NCBI GenBank assembly: GCA_902489965.1
Contig: CABUCA010000001.1
Span: 3,823-67,822 of the forward strand
Length of the DNA stretch: 64,000 bases
From: an uncultured Collinsella sp.
Lineage (GTDB): Bacteria; Actinomycetota; Coriobacteriia; Coriobacteriales; Coriobacteriaceae
Reading direction: 5' to 3'
The translations under genes and the position numbers were made by a program. A model generated the notes under the pieces. The model searched no databases. It was not told the DNA's origin and saw only the letters and a list, made by a program, of their open reading frames with translations. Shown here in pieces: positions 1 to 8,618 of the stretch (its first letter is position 1; each line of letters starts with the position of its first letter).

Positions 1-138
1 GCTCGAGCGGAGAGCTCGAAACCGTCATGTCGACAGCCGGGTTAGCGGTTAGCGTGTAGAACATTTACAGTACCCCCTGTATATGTGAGGGCCGCGTGGC
101 CGGCCCATTCCAACCACGCGGTTACCTCTGATACCAAA

Positions 139-1848
139 TTAGCGAGCTGCGGACTCGAGCAGTGCCTTGACCTCGGCGGCGGTGTTGCAGGCGAGTGCCT
201 TCTCGGCAAGCTCGTCGCACTCGGCCTTGGTCCACTGGCTGATGGTCTTGCGGGCGCGCAGGATCGACGGAGCGCTCATCGAGAACTCCTCCAGGCCCCA
301 GCTGATCAGCAGCGGCTCGAGCAGCGGATCGGCAGCGGCCTCGCCGCACATACCGACCATGATGCCGGCCTTCACGCCGCTCTCGATGATGTTCTTGAGC
401 GAGCGGAGCACGGCGGGATAGTACACCTGGTACAGGTTGGAGATGGTGTCGTTACCACGGTCGGCGCACATGGTGTAGCCGATCAGGTCGTTGGTGCCGA
501 TGGAGAAGAAGTCGGCAACCTCGGCAAGACGGTCTGCGAGCAGCGAAGCGGCGGGCGTCTCGACCATGATGCCGACCTCGATGTTCTCGTTGAACTTACG
601 ACCCTCTTCGGTCAGCTCGGCCTTGCACTGCTCGACGAGCTCCTTGACAGCCAAGACCTCCTCGACGCAAGTGACGAGCGGGATCATGATCTTGACGTCA
701 CCGAAGGCGCTAGCGCGCAGCAGAGCGCGGAGCTGGACCTTGTACTGGTCGGGATTGGCCAGGCAGTAACGCACGGCGCGGAAGCCCATGAAGGGGTTGT
801 CTTCCTTGACCATATGCAGATACGGAATCTCCTTGTCGCCACCCACATCGAGCGTGCGGATGATGACCGGAGCACCCTTGAGCGCGCTGGCGACCTTACG
901 GTAGGCGTTGAACTGCTCCTCCTCGGAAGGAAGCTCAGCAGAGTCCATGAACAGGAACTCGGAGCGGAACAGACCGATGGCCTCGGCGTCGTGATCGAGC
1001 GCGTTGGGCACGTCATCAGGGTTACCGATGTTGCAGGCGATGATCTTCTTGATGCCATCGGCAGTCACGGACGGCTTGCCGCGGAAGGCCTCGAGGGCCG
1101 CCTTCTCAGCAGCGAAGGCCTCAGCCTTGGCGGTGTAGGCAGCGAGCGTCTCCTCGTCGGGATCGGCCTCGACGATACCCTTGCCACCGTCGACGACAAC
1201 GGTCATGCCGTTGCGCAGCGCGGTGCAGCTGTTGGAAACCGAAAGGACAGCCGGGATCTCGAGGGCGCGCGCGATGATCGCGGAGTGCGACGTGCGGCCA
1301 CCGGTCTCGGTGACGATACCGGCAACGTGGGTCTTATCGATCGTGGCGGTCATGGACGGCGTGAGGTCGTGCACGACAACGACGGTGTTCTCGGGCAGGA
1401 CGGAGAGGTCGACGACCTCCTTGCCCAGCAACTCGGCCAGAATACCGGTACGGATGTCGGCGATGTCGGCCGCGCGCAGACGGAACATCTCGTCGTCCAT
1501 GGACAGGAACATGTTCTCGAACATGGTCGAGGTGTCCATGAGCGCCTGCTCGGCGCAGGTACCGCCGTCAATGGCGGCGTTGATGGCGTCGGTCATGCCC
1601 GGGTCCTGAGCCAGGACAATGTGTCCGCTCATGATCTCGGCCTCGGCCTCGCCCACCGTCTCCTTCATGTGGTCGGCCTGAGCCTGGGTCTTCTCGCAGA
1701 AGACCGAAAGAGCGGTCTGATAGCGCTCCTTCTCTGCTGCCGAATCAGCAACCTCGTGCGGCTCAAACGTCAAGTCGGGATCGACGGCGACCATGACGGT
1801 GCCGATACCGATGCCCTCGGAAGCGTTGACTCCCTGATACATTCCCAT
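139..1848 (-). CDS. ptsI: Phosphoenolpyruvate-protein phosphotransferase (PTS enzyme I)
   Basis: Full-length match in ORF 139..1896 to the EI family (N-terminal GIGIGTV, PEP-utilising TIM-barrel C-terminus ending GMCGEAA). I place the start at the ATG at 1848 (MGMYQGV) because GGAGAGAGG lies just upstream. The earlier ATG at 1896 has no RBS. Confidence 0.93.
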   Translation of the reverse strand: MGMYQGVNASEGIGIGTVMVAVDPDLTFEPHEVADSAAEKERYQTALSVFCEKTQAQADHMKETVGEAEAEIMSGHIVLAQDPGMTDAINAAIDGGTCAEQALMDTSTMFENMFLSMDDEMFRLRAADIADIRTGILAELLGKEVVDLSVLPENTVVVVHDLTPSMTATIDKTHVAGIVTETGGRTSHSAIIARALEIPAVLSVSNSCTALRNGMTVVVDGGKGIVEADPDEETLAAYTAKAEAFAAEKAALEAFRGKPSVTADGIKKIIACNIGNPDDVPNALDHDAEAIGLFRSEFLFMDSAELPSEEEQFNAYRKVASALKGAPVIIRTLDVGGDKEIPYLHMVKEDNPFMGFRAVRYCLANPDQYKVQLRALLRASAFGDVKIMIPLVTCVEEVLAVKELVEQCKAELTEEGRKFNENIEVGIMVETPAASLLADRLAEVADFFSIGTNDLIGYTMCADRGNDTISNLYQVYYPAVLRSLKNIIESGVKAGIMVGMCGEAAADPLLEPLLISWGLEEFSMSAPSILRARKTISQWTKAECDELAEKALACNTAAEVKALLESAAR

Positions 1849-1974
1849 TCCTCTCTCCGTGTCATGTGATAAAGCGTTTTGCCATATCCATGACAAAAGA
1901 GCGCAGTTACCTTGAACAGGTCACTGCGCCCCCAAATATGAACTTAGTTGTTCAACATGCGACCCGTTTGAGTT

Positions 1975-2238
1975 CTACTCGCCAAGACCGCTCTTGATGA
2001 GCTCGATGGCAGCAGCCAGAGCCTCGGCCTCGTCAGCGCCGTCACACTTGACCTCGACCTCGGTGCCGCAGGGGATACCAGCAGCCATGAGGGCCATCGG
2101 GGACTTGCCGTTGACCTCCTTCTCGGGGGTGACGACCGTCACGTCACAGGCGTACTTGCCCATGGTGGAGGCGAAGAGGCCGGCCGGACGCATGTGCAGA
2201 CCCTGCGGATTGACGAGGGTAGCCTTCTCAGAAACCAT
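1975..2238 (-). CDS. ptsH: Phosphocarrier protein HPr
   Basis: 87 aa. His15 motif GLHMRPA and Ser46-type motif NGKSPMALM are present. AAGGAG RBS upstream. Lies immediately upstream of ptsI. Confidence 0.93.
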   Translation of the reverse strand: MVSEKATLVNPQGLHMRPAGLFASTMGKYACDVTVVTPEKEVNGKSPMALMAAGIPCGTEVEVKCDGADEAEALAAAIELIKSGLGE

Positions 2239-2374
2239 AATTGACTCCTTTTTTGTGTTTAACCCCTGTCGTGCATGCGGCAGGAGTCAGATTCACGACG
2301 TTGTTTATATTAACTCACATCAAACTGTTTTTCATTATGTTTCGCACGAATTGTTGGACAGATGTGTTTGTCGT

Positions 2375-2533
2375 CCGCTTGCTAGCCCACAGGGGGCCGG
2401 GCGCGGCCAGTGAGATTTCCTGCTCTACAGTCCTGCTCGCACGAAGAGCACATTAAGTGCTCTTCGGCTCGTGCGGAACTCGCGATAAATCTCACTGGCC
2501 GCGTCCGGCCCCCTGTGGGCGAGCAAGCTGCGG
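2375..2533. repeat. Long nested inverted repeat (about 42-45 bp arms plus an inner hairpin)
   Basis: Left arm 2375..2416 (ccgcttgctagcccacagggggccgggcgcggccagtgagat) is the near-exact reverse complement of right arm 2489..2533. An inner hairpin cgcacgaagagcac/gtgctcttcg..cgtgcg sits in the middle. No convincing ORF. Confidence 0.8.
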
Positions 2534-2633
2534 AAACTCGGTCGGTCCAGAGCAATATCGTGCGAACGGAATTCTGGCTGATTTTTTGTTCGGCTGGTTG
2601 ATCTAGTTGATGAGGTCTATCTATGCCCTTTTT

Positions 2634-2702
2634 AAGTTGCGGTGAAATAGGGACTGAATTTGGGGTTGAATCGTTTAAACAGTCCCTATTTCACCGCAAC
2701 TT
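2634..2702. repeat. Palindromic intergenic element, copy A (arms AAGTTGCGGTGAAATAG / CTATTTCACCGCAACTT)
   Basis: Perfect 23-bp inverted arms at 2634..2656 and 2680..2702. The same terminal 17-mers recur at 36605..36673. Confidence 0.8.
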
Positions 2703-2713
2703 ATATCGGGAAT

Positions 2714-2750
2714 GAAAAAGGCGGAGGCCCTGGAGAGGGTCTCCGCCTTT
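2714..2750 (-). terminator. Rho-independent terminator of the PTS EIIBCA gene
   Basis: On the minus strand the stem ggcggag...ctccgcc is followed by TTTTTCATT. It lies about 35 nt after the stop codon at 2786. Confidence 0.7.
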
Positions 2751-2785
2751 GTTGCAAGGGGCGATATTATTCGCTAGCTGCTGGA

Positions 2786-4789
2786 TTAAACCAGGCGGGC
2801 GTTGATCGTCTTGGCGATCTCGGCGGCGTCGGTGGAACCCTTGACGGTGGCACGGAAGTCCTCGTCCATGAGCGCCTCGGCGACCTTGGACAGAATCTTG
2901 AGATGCGTGGTGCCAGCCTGGGCACCGGGGATGAGCAGGGCGATAGCCACGTTGACGGGAGCGCCGTCCATGGTGTCCCAACCGGTGACGCCGGAGTCGT
3001 CCTTGACGACGATAACGGCGGCCTCGGTAATGGCATCGGACTTGGCATGCGGAATGGCGAAGCCCTCCATCATGCCCGTGGTACCCTCGGCCTCGCGGGC
3101 CAGGAAGGCGTTCATCACGGCATCGGCGTCGCTCGCGACACCGGCCTTGACGGCCTGGTTGGAGACAAAGCTCAGGGCCTCGTCACGAGAAGCGAAGTCC
3201 TCGGCGACAAAGACATTCTCGACCTTCACGAAGTCGGCAGCCTCGGCCTTGGGGGCCTCGACGGCAGCGGCCTTGGGGGCCTCAACGGGCTTGGCTACGG
3301 GAGCGGCCTTCTGATTCTTCTCGAAGTCGTACTTCTTGAAGGCCACGAACAGGATGCCACCGACCACAGCGCCGATGAGGATCGCGAGGACCCACAGCGG
3401 ACCGTTCTCGACAACAGGCAGGACCAGGAAGCCGCCGTGAGGCGCCGGATCGTGAACGTTGAAGAAGATGGTCAAGATGGAAGCGATGGAAGAACCGAGC
3501 ATCATGATGGGCATGACGGGCCAGATGTTCTTGGTCATGAACGGAATGGCGCCCTCGGTGATGTGGGTGCAACCAAGGATGAGGTTGACGATACCGGCGT
3601 CATGATCCTCCTGGCTGAAGTACTTCTTGCCGACAACGACGGCGAAGGTGGTGATCAGCGGCGGAACGATGCAAGCGGCGGAGACGGCAGCCATGAAGTT
3701 GGTGCCGAAGTTGTAGGTCTCGGTGCCGACGCCAGCTTCGAGAGCGGTACCGAGCAGGAAAGTGCCAGTAGCGTAAGCAGCCTTGTTGACCGGGCCGCCC
3801 ATATCAAAGGCGCACATGCAGCCGATGGCCAGGCCAAGGATCACCGGACCGGAGTTACCGAGGCTCTGCAGGAAATCCATCATGCCCTGGTTAATGGCAG
3901 CCATGGGGCCGGAAATACCAAGCATGACCAGACCGACGATGGCGGTAGAGCACAGCGGATACAGGAAGATTGCCTTCAGGCCATTAAGGCTCGCAGGAAT
4001 TTTAGAGAAAACCTTCTCGAGCAGCAGGATGACATAGCCAGCGAGGAAGCCGCCGACGATGCCGCCTAGGAAGCCAAAGCCCACACCTGCGCCACCGGCG
4101 TCGATCATGCCGGTATCGGCGTTAACAGGCAAGCCCTGGATGGCAATCATACCGGCGACGAAACCGGGGACGAGCGCCGGGCGCTTGCCGATGGACTCGG
4201 CGATGTAAGCGGAAAGCACCGGAACCATGAGGTTCATGGCGATACCGCCGATAATCTTGAGCATCGCGGCAAAGCTGTTGTAGTCGGCAGCCGTCGAATC
4301 AAAGGACGTGATGCCCCACAGGAACGAAATGGCGGTCAGAACACCACCGGCAACGACGAAGACCAGCATGTGGCTGACGCCGTTCATGAGGTGCTTGTAG
4401 ATGACGTGACCGATGGACTCCTTCTCCTCAACCTCGTCCTCGACATCGGCGGCAGCGGCAACCGCATCGTCGCCCTTGGCGGCGAGCGCGCGGTCGATCA
4501 GCTTACCGGCGGCCTCGACGGACAGGGCCTTGGAAACACCAACGGAAACCATGGGCTTACCGGCGAAACGCTCAGCCTGGACATCCTTATCGGCTGCGAC
4601 GACGACGGCCTTGGCGCCAGCGATCTCGCTCTTGGTGAGCTCGTTCTCGACACCGACCTGGCCATGAGTCTCGACCTTAATGGTCAGACCTCGCTCGGCA
4701 GCTGCCTTCTCCAGCGCCTCCTTCGCCATGAAGGTGTGCGCAATGCCGGTCGGGCAACCGGTCGCGGCGATGATGTCAAACTTAGCCAT
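2786..4789 (-). CDS. PTS fructose-family transporter, fused EIIB-EIIC-EIIA
   Basis: N-terminal fructose-type EIIB (ATGCPTGIAHTFMA, catalytic Cys). Central polytopic EIIC. C-terminal EIIA-2 domain with the AIPHAK phospho-His motif. GGAGGG RBS upstream. Confidence 0.9.
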   Translation of the reverse strand: MAKFDIIAATGCPTGIAHTFMAKEALEKAAAERGLTIKVETHGQVGVENELTKSEIAGAKAVVVAADKDVQAERFAGKPMVSVGVSKALSVEAAGKLIDRALAAKGDDAVAAAADVEDEVEEKESIGHVIYKHLMNGVSHMLVFVVAGGVLTAISFLWGITSFDSTAADYNSFAAMLKIIGGIAMNLMVPVLSAYIAESIGKRPALVPGFVAGMIAIQGLPVNADTGMIDAGGAGVGFGFLGGIVGGFLAGYVILLLEKVFSKIPASLNGLKAIFLYPLCSTAIVGLVMLGISGPMAAINQGMMDFLQSLGNSGPVILGLAIGCMCAFDMGGPVNKAAYATGTFLLGTALEAGVGTETYNFGTNFMAAVSAACIVPPLITTFAVVVGKKYFSQEDHDAGIVNLILGCTHITEGAIPFMTKNIWPVMPIMMLGSSIASILTIFFNVHDPAPHGGFLVLPVVENGPLWVLAILIGAVVGGILFVAFKKYDFEKNQKAAPVAKPVEAPKAAAVEAPKAEAADFVKVENVFVAEDFASRDEALSFVSNQAVKAGVASDADAVMNAFLAREAEGTTGMMEGFAIPHAKSDAITEAAVIVVKDDSGVTGWDTMDGAPVNVAIALLIPGAQAGTTHLKILSKVAEALMDEDFRATVKGSTDAAEIAKTINARLV

Positions 4790-4857
4790 GTGTCCCTCCT
4801 TTTTAAGTTTTGCGCCCGCAGGCGCTCCCCTACACGCGCTTCAATGCGCGTTTTTCC

Positions 4858-5000
4858 ACACTTGAAAGATACCAACCTACCGTCCGCGTGAGAAGAGACA
4901 AGGCACAATTCTCCGGTGAAAGGTTCTTTCATAACCGTAAACGGTAAGTGAAAGTTTACCATCAACACTTGAAACGGCAAGGTGTATCTTGTAATTGAAA
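4858..5000. promoter_or_regulatory. Divergent PTS/rpiR control region with clustered TGAAA(G) motifs (putative operator array)
   Basis: Palindrome TGAAAG-GTT-CTTTCA at 4917..4931. Direct repeats ACACTTGAAA at 4858..4867 and 4965..4974. GTGAAAG(G)TT at 4916..4925 and 4948..4957. TTGAAA at 4995..5000. Confidence 0.3.
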
Positions 5001-5061
5001 ATGCCCGTATACTATGGCATTGCAAATCGAGTTAGATTTTCATGCCAACCAGGAGCCATCC

Positions 5062-5919
5062 ATGACCGATAGTAGCAAGAGCGCACTTTCCCTCATTAGC
5101 ACCCATCAGGGATACAGCGAGTCCGAGCAGCGCATTGTCGACTATATATTGGAGCACCAGTCCGAGGCTCCACGCCTCACGGCGGCTCAGCTCTCACGCG
5201 CCGCTGCCACGTCCGAGGCGACCGTTTCGCGCTTCTGCCGCAAGCTGGGCTTTGGCAGCTTCCGCAGCTTTCAGTTTTCGTTGGCGAGGGATTTGGAAAG
5301 CCAGCGCAACGAGGGCCTGACCGACGAGGTCTCGCTCGACAATATGGAGCAGAGCCTCAAGAACATCCTGGCTGCCAAGGTGAGCGAGCTTAATGCGACC
5401 ATCGACGGAATCGACCACGATACGCTGGCGGCTGTTGTGCATGCCTTTAAGCATGCAGGGGTTATTGAGTTTGCAGCTGTGGGCAATACGAACGCGGTCG
5501 CGCTCGATGCGACGTTTAAGTTTTCGCAGCTGGGCCTGCGCTGCATGGCGAGCACCATTAGCGAGACATCAATCGGCTTTGCGCTCACGTTGCGCCCGGG
5601 TGACGTCATCGTGCTCATCTCAAACTCCGGCAAATCGCGCCGACTGAATCGCATGGCAAAAGCGGCTCGCGACTGCGGCGCAACCGTAGTCGTCATCAGC
5701 AGCGACAGCAAATCCCCGCTCGCGCGCCTGGCAGACTACACGTTTAATACCGTCAACCACGAAGCGCTGCTGACGACGGGCGACTTTGCGTTCTCCAAGA
5801 TCAGCGCCACGATGATCATCGAAGTCATCTACAACTTCTTGCTGCCAGAGATCGAAGACGCCCGTGAGCACATCAGCTACTACGAGGAACTCATCCAGCC
5901 GGATAAGGTTGTGGAGTAG
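5062..5919 (+). CDS. RpiR/MurR-family transcriptional regulator (HTH_6 + SIS domain)
   Basis: N-terminal HTH (AAQLSRAAATSEATVSRFCRKLGF) and a C-terminal SIS sugar-phosphate-binding domain. Start placed at the ATG at 5062, preceded by AGGAG. Divergent from the PTS gene. Confidence 0.88.
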   Translation: MTDSSKSALSLISTHQGYSESEQRIVDYILEHQSEAPRLTAAQLSRAAATSEATVSRFCRKLGFGSFRSFQFSLARDLESQRNEGLTDEVSLDNMEQSLKNILAAKVSELNATIDGIDHDTLAAVVHAFKHAGVIEFAAVGNTNAVALDATFKFSQLGLRCMASTISETSIGFALTLRPGDVIVLISNSGKSRRLNRMAKAARDCGATVVVISSDSKSPLARLADYTFNTVNHEALLTTGDFAFSKISATMIIEVIYNFLLPEIEDAREHISYYEELIQPDKVVE

Positions 5920-6003
5920 ATAAATTGGGGAACCGACAGACGCCTCTCGCCACGAAACCCGCCCATCTACTACGTTTTAACCGCAAGCGCTAACCATACA
6001 CTC

Positions 6004-6046
6004 AAAAAAAGAAAACCGCAGGCGTTCTACCTGCGGTTTTCTTTTT
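6004..6046. terminator. Bidirectional rho-independent terminator between rpiR (+) and recN (-)
   Basis: Stem aaaaccgcagg / cctgcggtttt, flanked by an A-run on the left and a T-run on the right. Confidence 0.75.
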
Positions 6047-6139
6047 GCAATTCTTGGCGTGGTTGCCGATAACTTATTAAACGTAGTAATTGGGCCGGTT
6101 TTGTGGCGACCGGATCGGACATATATGTGGCGGCTCGGT

Positions 6140-7768
6140 CTAAGCACGCGCTTCTTGGAGCATCTGCTTGGCATGCGCTAGGCTTGCCTCCGATTGATCG
6201 CCGCTCAGCATGCGGGCGATCTCGGCGGTACGGGCATCGCCGGTCACCTCGTCCAGGTGCGTTTGAGGAACGTCGCCGGGCTCTTTACTGACCACGTAAT
6301 GCTTGTCGGCCATGACCGCAACCTGCGCCAGGTGTGTTACGACGATGACCTGATGAGTAGCGGCAAGATCGGCCAGCACACCAGCAAGAGCACGAGCCGT
6401 AGAGCCGCCGACACCAGCATCGACCTCGTCGAACACCAGTGTATCCACGCCGTCCGCATTACCGAGGACAACCTTGCTCGCCAGCATCACGCGGCTCAGC
6501 TCGCCGCCCGAGGCAATGCGGCGCAAGGGACGAGGTGTCAAGCCGGCGCCGCTGCGATATAGCAGCTCATAACTCGAAGGGCCCGCGAGTGTCCACTCAG
6601 CGCGAGGGAGATCGCGGGACTCCCAGACCAGCTCAGCGCCGCCCATCTCCAGGCGTGCCATCTGACGACCCACCTCGTGACAAAAACGCGGGGCCGCCGT
6701 ATTGCGTGCACGCTTAAGCGCCTTGGCGGCGGCGAACAGTTCACGCTCCGCCGCGCCAAGCGCTTCGCGAGCCTTCTTGATCTGCTCATCACCATCGTCT
6801 ACCAGCGACAACAGCTCTTGCGAGCGGTCGCGCATGGCAAAGACATCATCCATAGTGGGCCCCCACTGACGCAGCAGGCCCTTAAGATCGGAATAGCGCT
6901 CGCGCATACGAGCCAGCTCACGAGGGTCAAACGCAACGCCATCGCGATAGGCACGCAGCTCGTTGGCACAATCCTCAAGTGAGATGCAGGCATCCGAAAG
7001 TGCGTCAGCGATGTCACCGAGCTTGCGGTCAACGGTCGCCATGCGTGAAAGCTCGGCCACGGCGCCATTCACGGCATCGAGCGCTCCCCCCTCGGCAGCA
7101 AGCGATGCATGGGCCTCGTTGGCCGTCGCCACCAAGACCTCGGCGTGCTCCGAGCGCGGCAGCAGCTCCTCGAGTTCCTCGTACTCACCCGGCTTTGGGT
7201 CGACCTCGGCGATACGCTCGAGGGCAAAACGCGCTTCCTCGACGCGACTCCCCTGCGCGCGCGAGGCTTCCTCCACACGGCAAAGCTCCTTGGCGGCGGC
7301 ACGCGAAGCCTTAAAGCAGGTGCGATACTTCTCGAGCGCCTCAAGCGCCGCGCGCCCAGCCCAGGCATCGACCATGGCAACATGATGCGCTGGATCGAGC
7401 AGGCGCTGATGTTCATGCTGGCCACATAGATCCATCATCACGCCGACGCACTCCGAAAGCTCGCGCACGCTGGCAATGCGGCCGTCAATTTTTACGCGGC
7501 TGCGGCCCTCGGCAGAAAGGCTGCGCTGCACGGTGAAGCCCTCCGTGTCGTGCGGGCCGTCGAACAGGCGCGCCTCGACGCTGGCAAGCGCCTCGCCCTC
7601 GCGAACCGTCGACGAATCGGCGCGCTCGCCCAAAATAAGCTTGAGCGCCGAAAGCAGCGCGGTCTTGCCAGCACCGGTCTCACCGGTCAGGACGGTCAAG
7701 CCGGCACTCGGCACCAACGTCGCCTCGCGAATGAGTGCAATGTTGGAAACCTGCAGCTCATCGATCAT
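6140..7768 (-). CDS. recN: DNA repair protein RecN
   Basis: Walker A GETGAGKT at the N-terminus, a long coiled coil, and a C-terminal SMC-like signature (ASGGELSR, DEVDAG). Confidence 0.93.
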   Translation of the reverse strand: MIDELQVSNIALIREATLVPSAGLTVLTGETGAGKTALLSALKLILGERADSSTVREGEALASVEARLFDGPHDTEGFTVQRSLSAEGRSRVKIDGRIASVRELSECVGVMMDLCGQHEHQRLLDPAHHVAMVDAWAGRAALEALEKYRTCFKASRAAAKELCRVEEASRAQGSRVEEARFALERIAEVDPKPGEYEELEELLPRSEHAEVLVATANEAHASLAAEGGALDAVNGAVAELSRMATVDRKLGDIADALSDACISLEDCANELRAYRDGVAFDPRELARMRERYSDLKGLLRQWGPTMDDVFAMRDRSQELLSLVDDGDEQIKKAREALGAAERELFAAAKALKRARNTAAPRFCHEVGRQMARLEMGGAELVWESRDLPRAEWTLAGPSSYELLYRSGAGLTPRPLRRIASGGELSRVMLASKVVLGNADGVDTLVFDEVDAGVGGSTARALAGVLADLAATHQVIVVTHLAQVAVMADKHYVVSKEPGDVPQTHLDEVTGDARTAEIARMLSGDQSEASLAHAKQMLQEARA

Positions 7769-8618
7769 GACGCACTCCGTAGAACACGCGGCTCACCGAG
7801 TTGTAGAAGCTCTCGGGGCCGTAGTCGAGCAGCAGCACATCGCCGGGACCACGGCGCACGGCCACGCTCTCAACCGTGCCGTCGCATGTAATAAACTGTC
7901 CGTCGATGGCAATGGCCGGCACGCTTGGGCGATCATCGGACATAAAGATCTCGACGACATCGCTTGGCGAAGTCAAGAACGCACGGGCCTGAATGGTGTG
8001 CGGAGCGATGGGCACGCAAACCATACCCGTGTAATCGGGGCTCACGATAGGGCCGCCGGCGGAAAGCGCATAGCCCGTAGAGCCGGTCGCCGTGGACACA
8101 ACAACGCCGTCACCGCGCAGGCGATCGATATGATGGCCGGACACCGTGATGTCAAACTCGACCATATCGGACAGGGGCCCGCGCGTAAGCGCCATATCGT
8201 TGAGGGCGAACGAACGCACGACATCTTTCGTACCGTCCTCGCGCACGGAAATGATGTCTGCGGCGATCGTAGCGCGACGGCTCACGTGGAGCTCACCGGA
8301 CAGGGCATCGCTCACAACCTGCAAAATGTCGCGCTCCTCGGGGCTCGCGGCCGTCAAAAAGCCCAAGTGGCCATAGGAAAGACCCAAAATGGGAATCTCA
8401 CGATAGTTAAGGATGCGGGCGGCACGCAGCAACGTACCGTCGCCGCCGAGCGTAATGACCAGATCGGAGCCGTCAATATCAGGCGTGCTCTGAATCTTGG
8501 ATCGCTGGTCGGCAGCCCATGCGACCTCATAGCTCTGGCGCGTCAGCCAAAGCTCGAGCATCAGACCGCTCTCGACGGCCTCTTGCTTGTAGTAATTGGG
8601 AACCAGAAAGACCTTCAT
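7758..8618 (-). CDS. nadK: NAD kinase
   Basis: GGDGTLL motif and NAD-kinase fold. The 3' end overlaps the recN start by 11 nt. Confidence 0.9.
   Translation of the reverse strand: MKVFLVPNYYKQEAVESGLMLELWLTRQSYEVAWAADQRSKIQSTPDIDGSDLVITLGGDGTLLRAARILNYREIPILGLSYGHLGFLTAASPEERDILQVVSDALSGELHVSRRATIAADIISVREDGTKDVVRSFALNDMALTRGPLSDMVEFDITVSGHHIDRLRGDGVVVSTATGSTGYALSAGGPIVSPDYTGMVCVPIAPHTIQARAFLTSPSDVVEIFMSDDRPSVPAIAIDGQFITCDGTVESVAVRRGPGDVLLLDYGPESFYNSVSRVFYGVRHDR

Noticed and set aside
85-1869. 594-aa plus-strand ORF. Similar long plus-strand ORFs occur at 2660..4069, 7476..8738, 11246..12553, 14782..16329, 16816..18957, 22628..23749, 25910..27214, 29325..32216, 34434..36602, 38174..39142, 39153..40010, 42751..44109, 45366..46703, 52307..53827, 57122..58360, 58546..60162, 60827..62029 and 62935..63732.
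   Set aside because: Each lies antisense to a minus-strand gene with an unambiguous conserved product. Their translations are low-complexity G/A/R/D/L/V/H-rich strings with no recognisable motifs, the classic stop-codon-poor antisense shadow of high-GC coding DNA.
2410-2601. 63-aa ORF inside the long nested palindrome, as a small protein.
   Set aside because: It is generated by the palindrome itself, has no RBS, and its sequence is low-complexity. The nucleotide-level symmetry is the more parsimonious signal.
2634-2702. Possibility that the AAGTTGCGG...CCGCAACTT palindromes are integron attC sites.
   Set aside because: The orientation and sequence do not fit attC, which has RYYYAAC at the left and GTTRRRY at the right. 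Here GTT is on the left and AAC on the right, and GTTGCGG violates RRR. There is no intI or cassette array nearby.
4812-4856. Small hairpins gcgcc-cgca-ggcgc and cgcgc-ttcaat-gcgcg in the PTS permease 5' UTR, as a BglG/LicT-type RAT/terminator.
   Set aside because: There is no U-tract after the stems in the transcribed (minus) orientation, no similarity to the RAT consensus that I can recognise, and no PRD antiterminator gene nearby.
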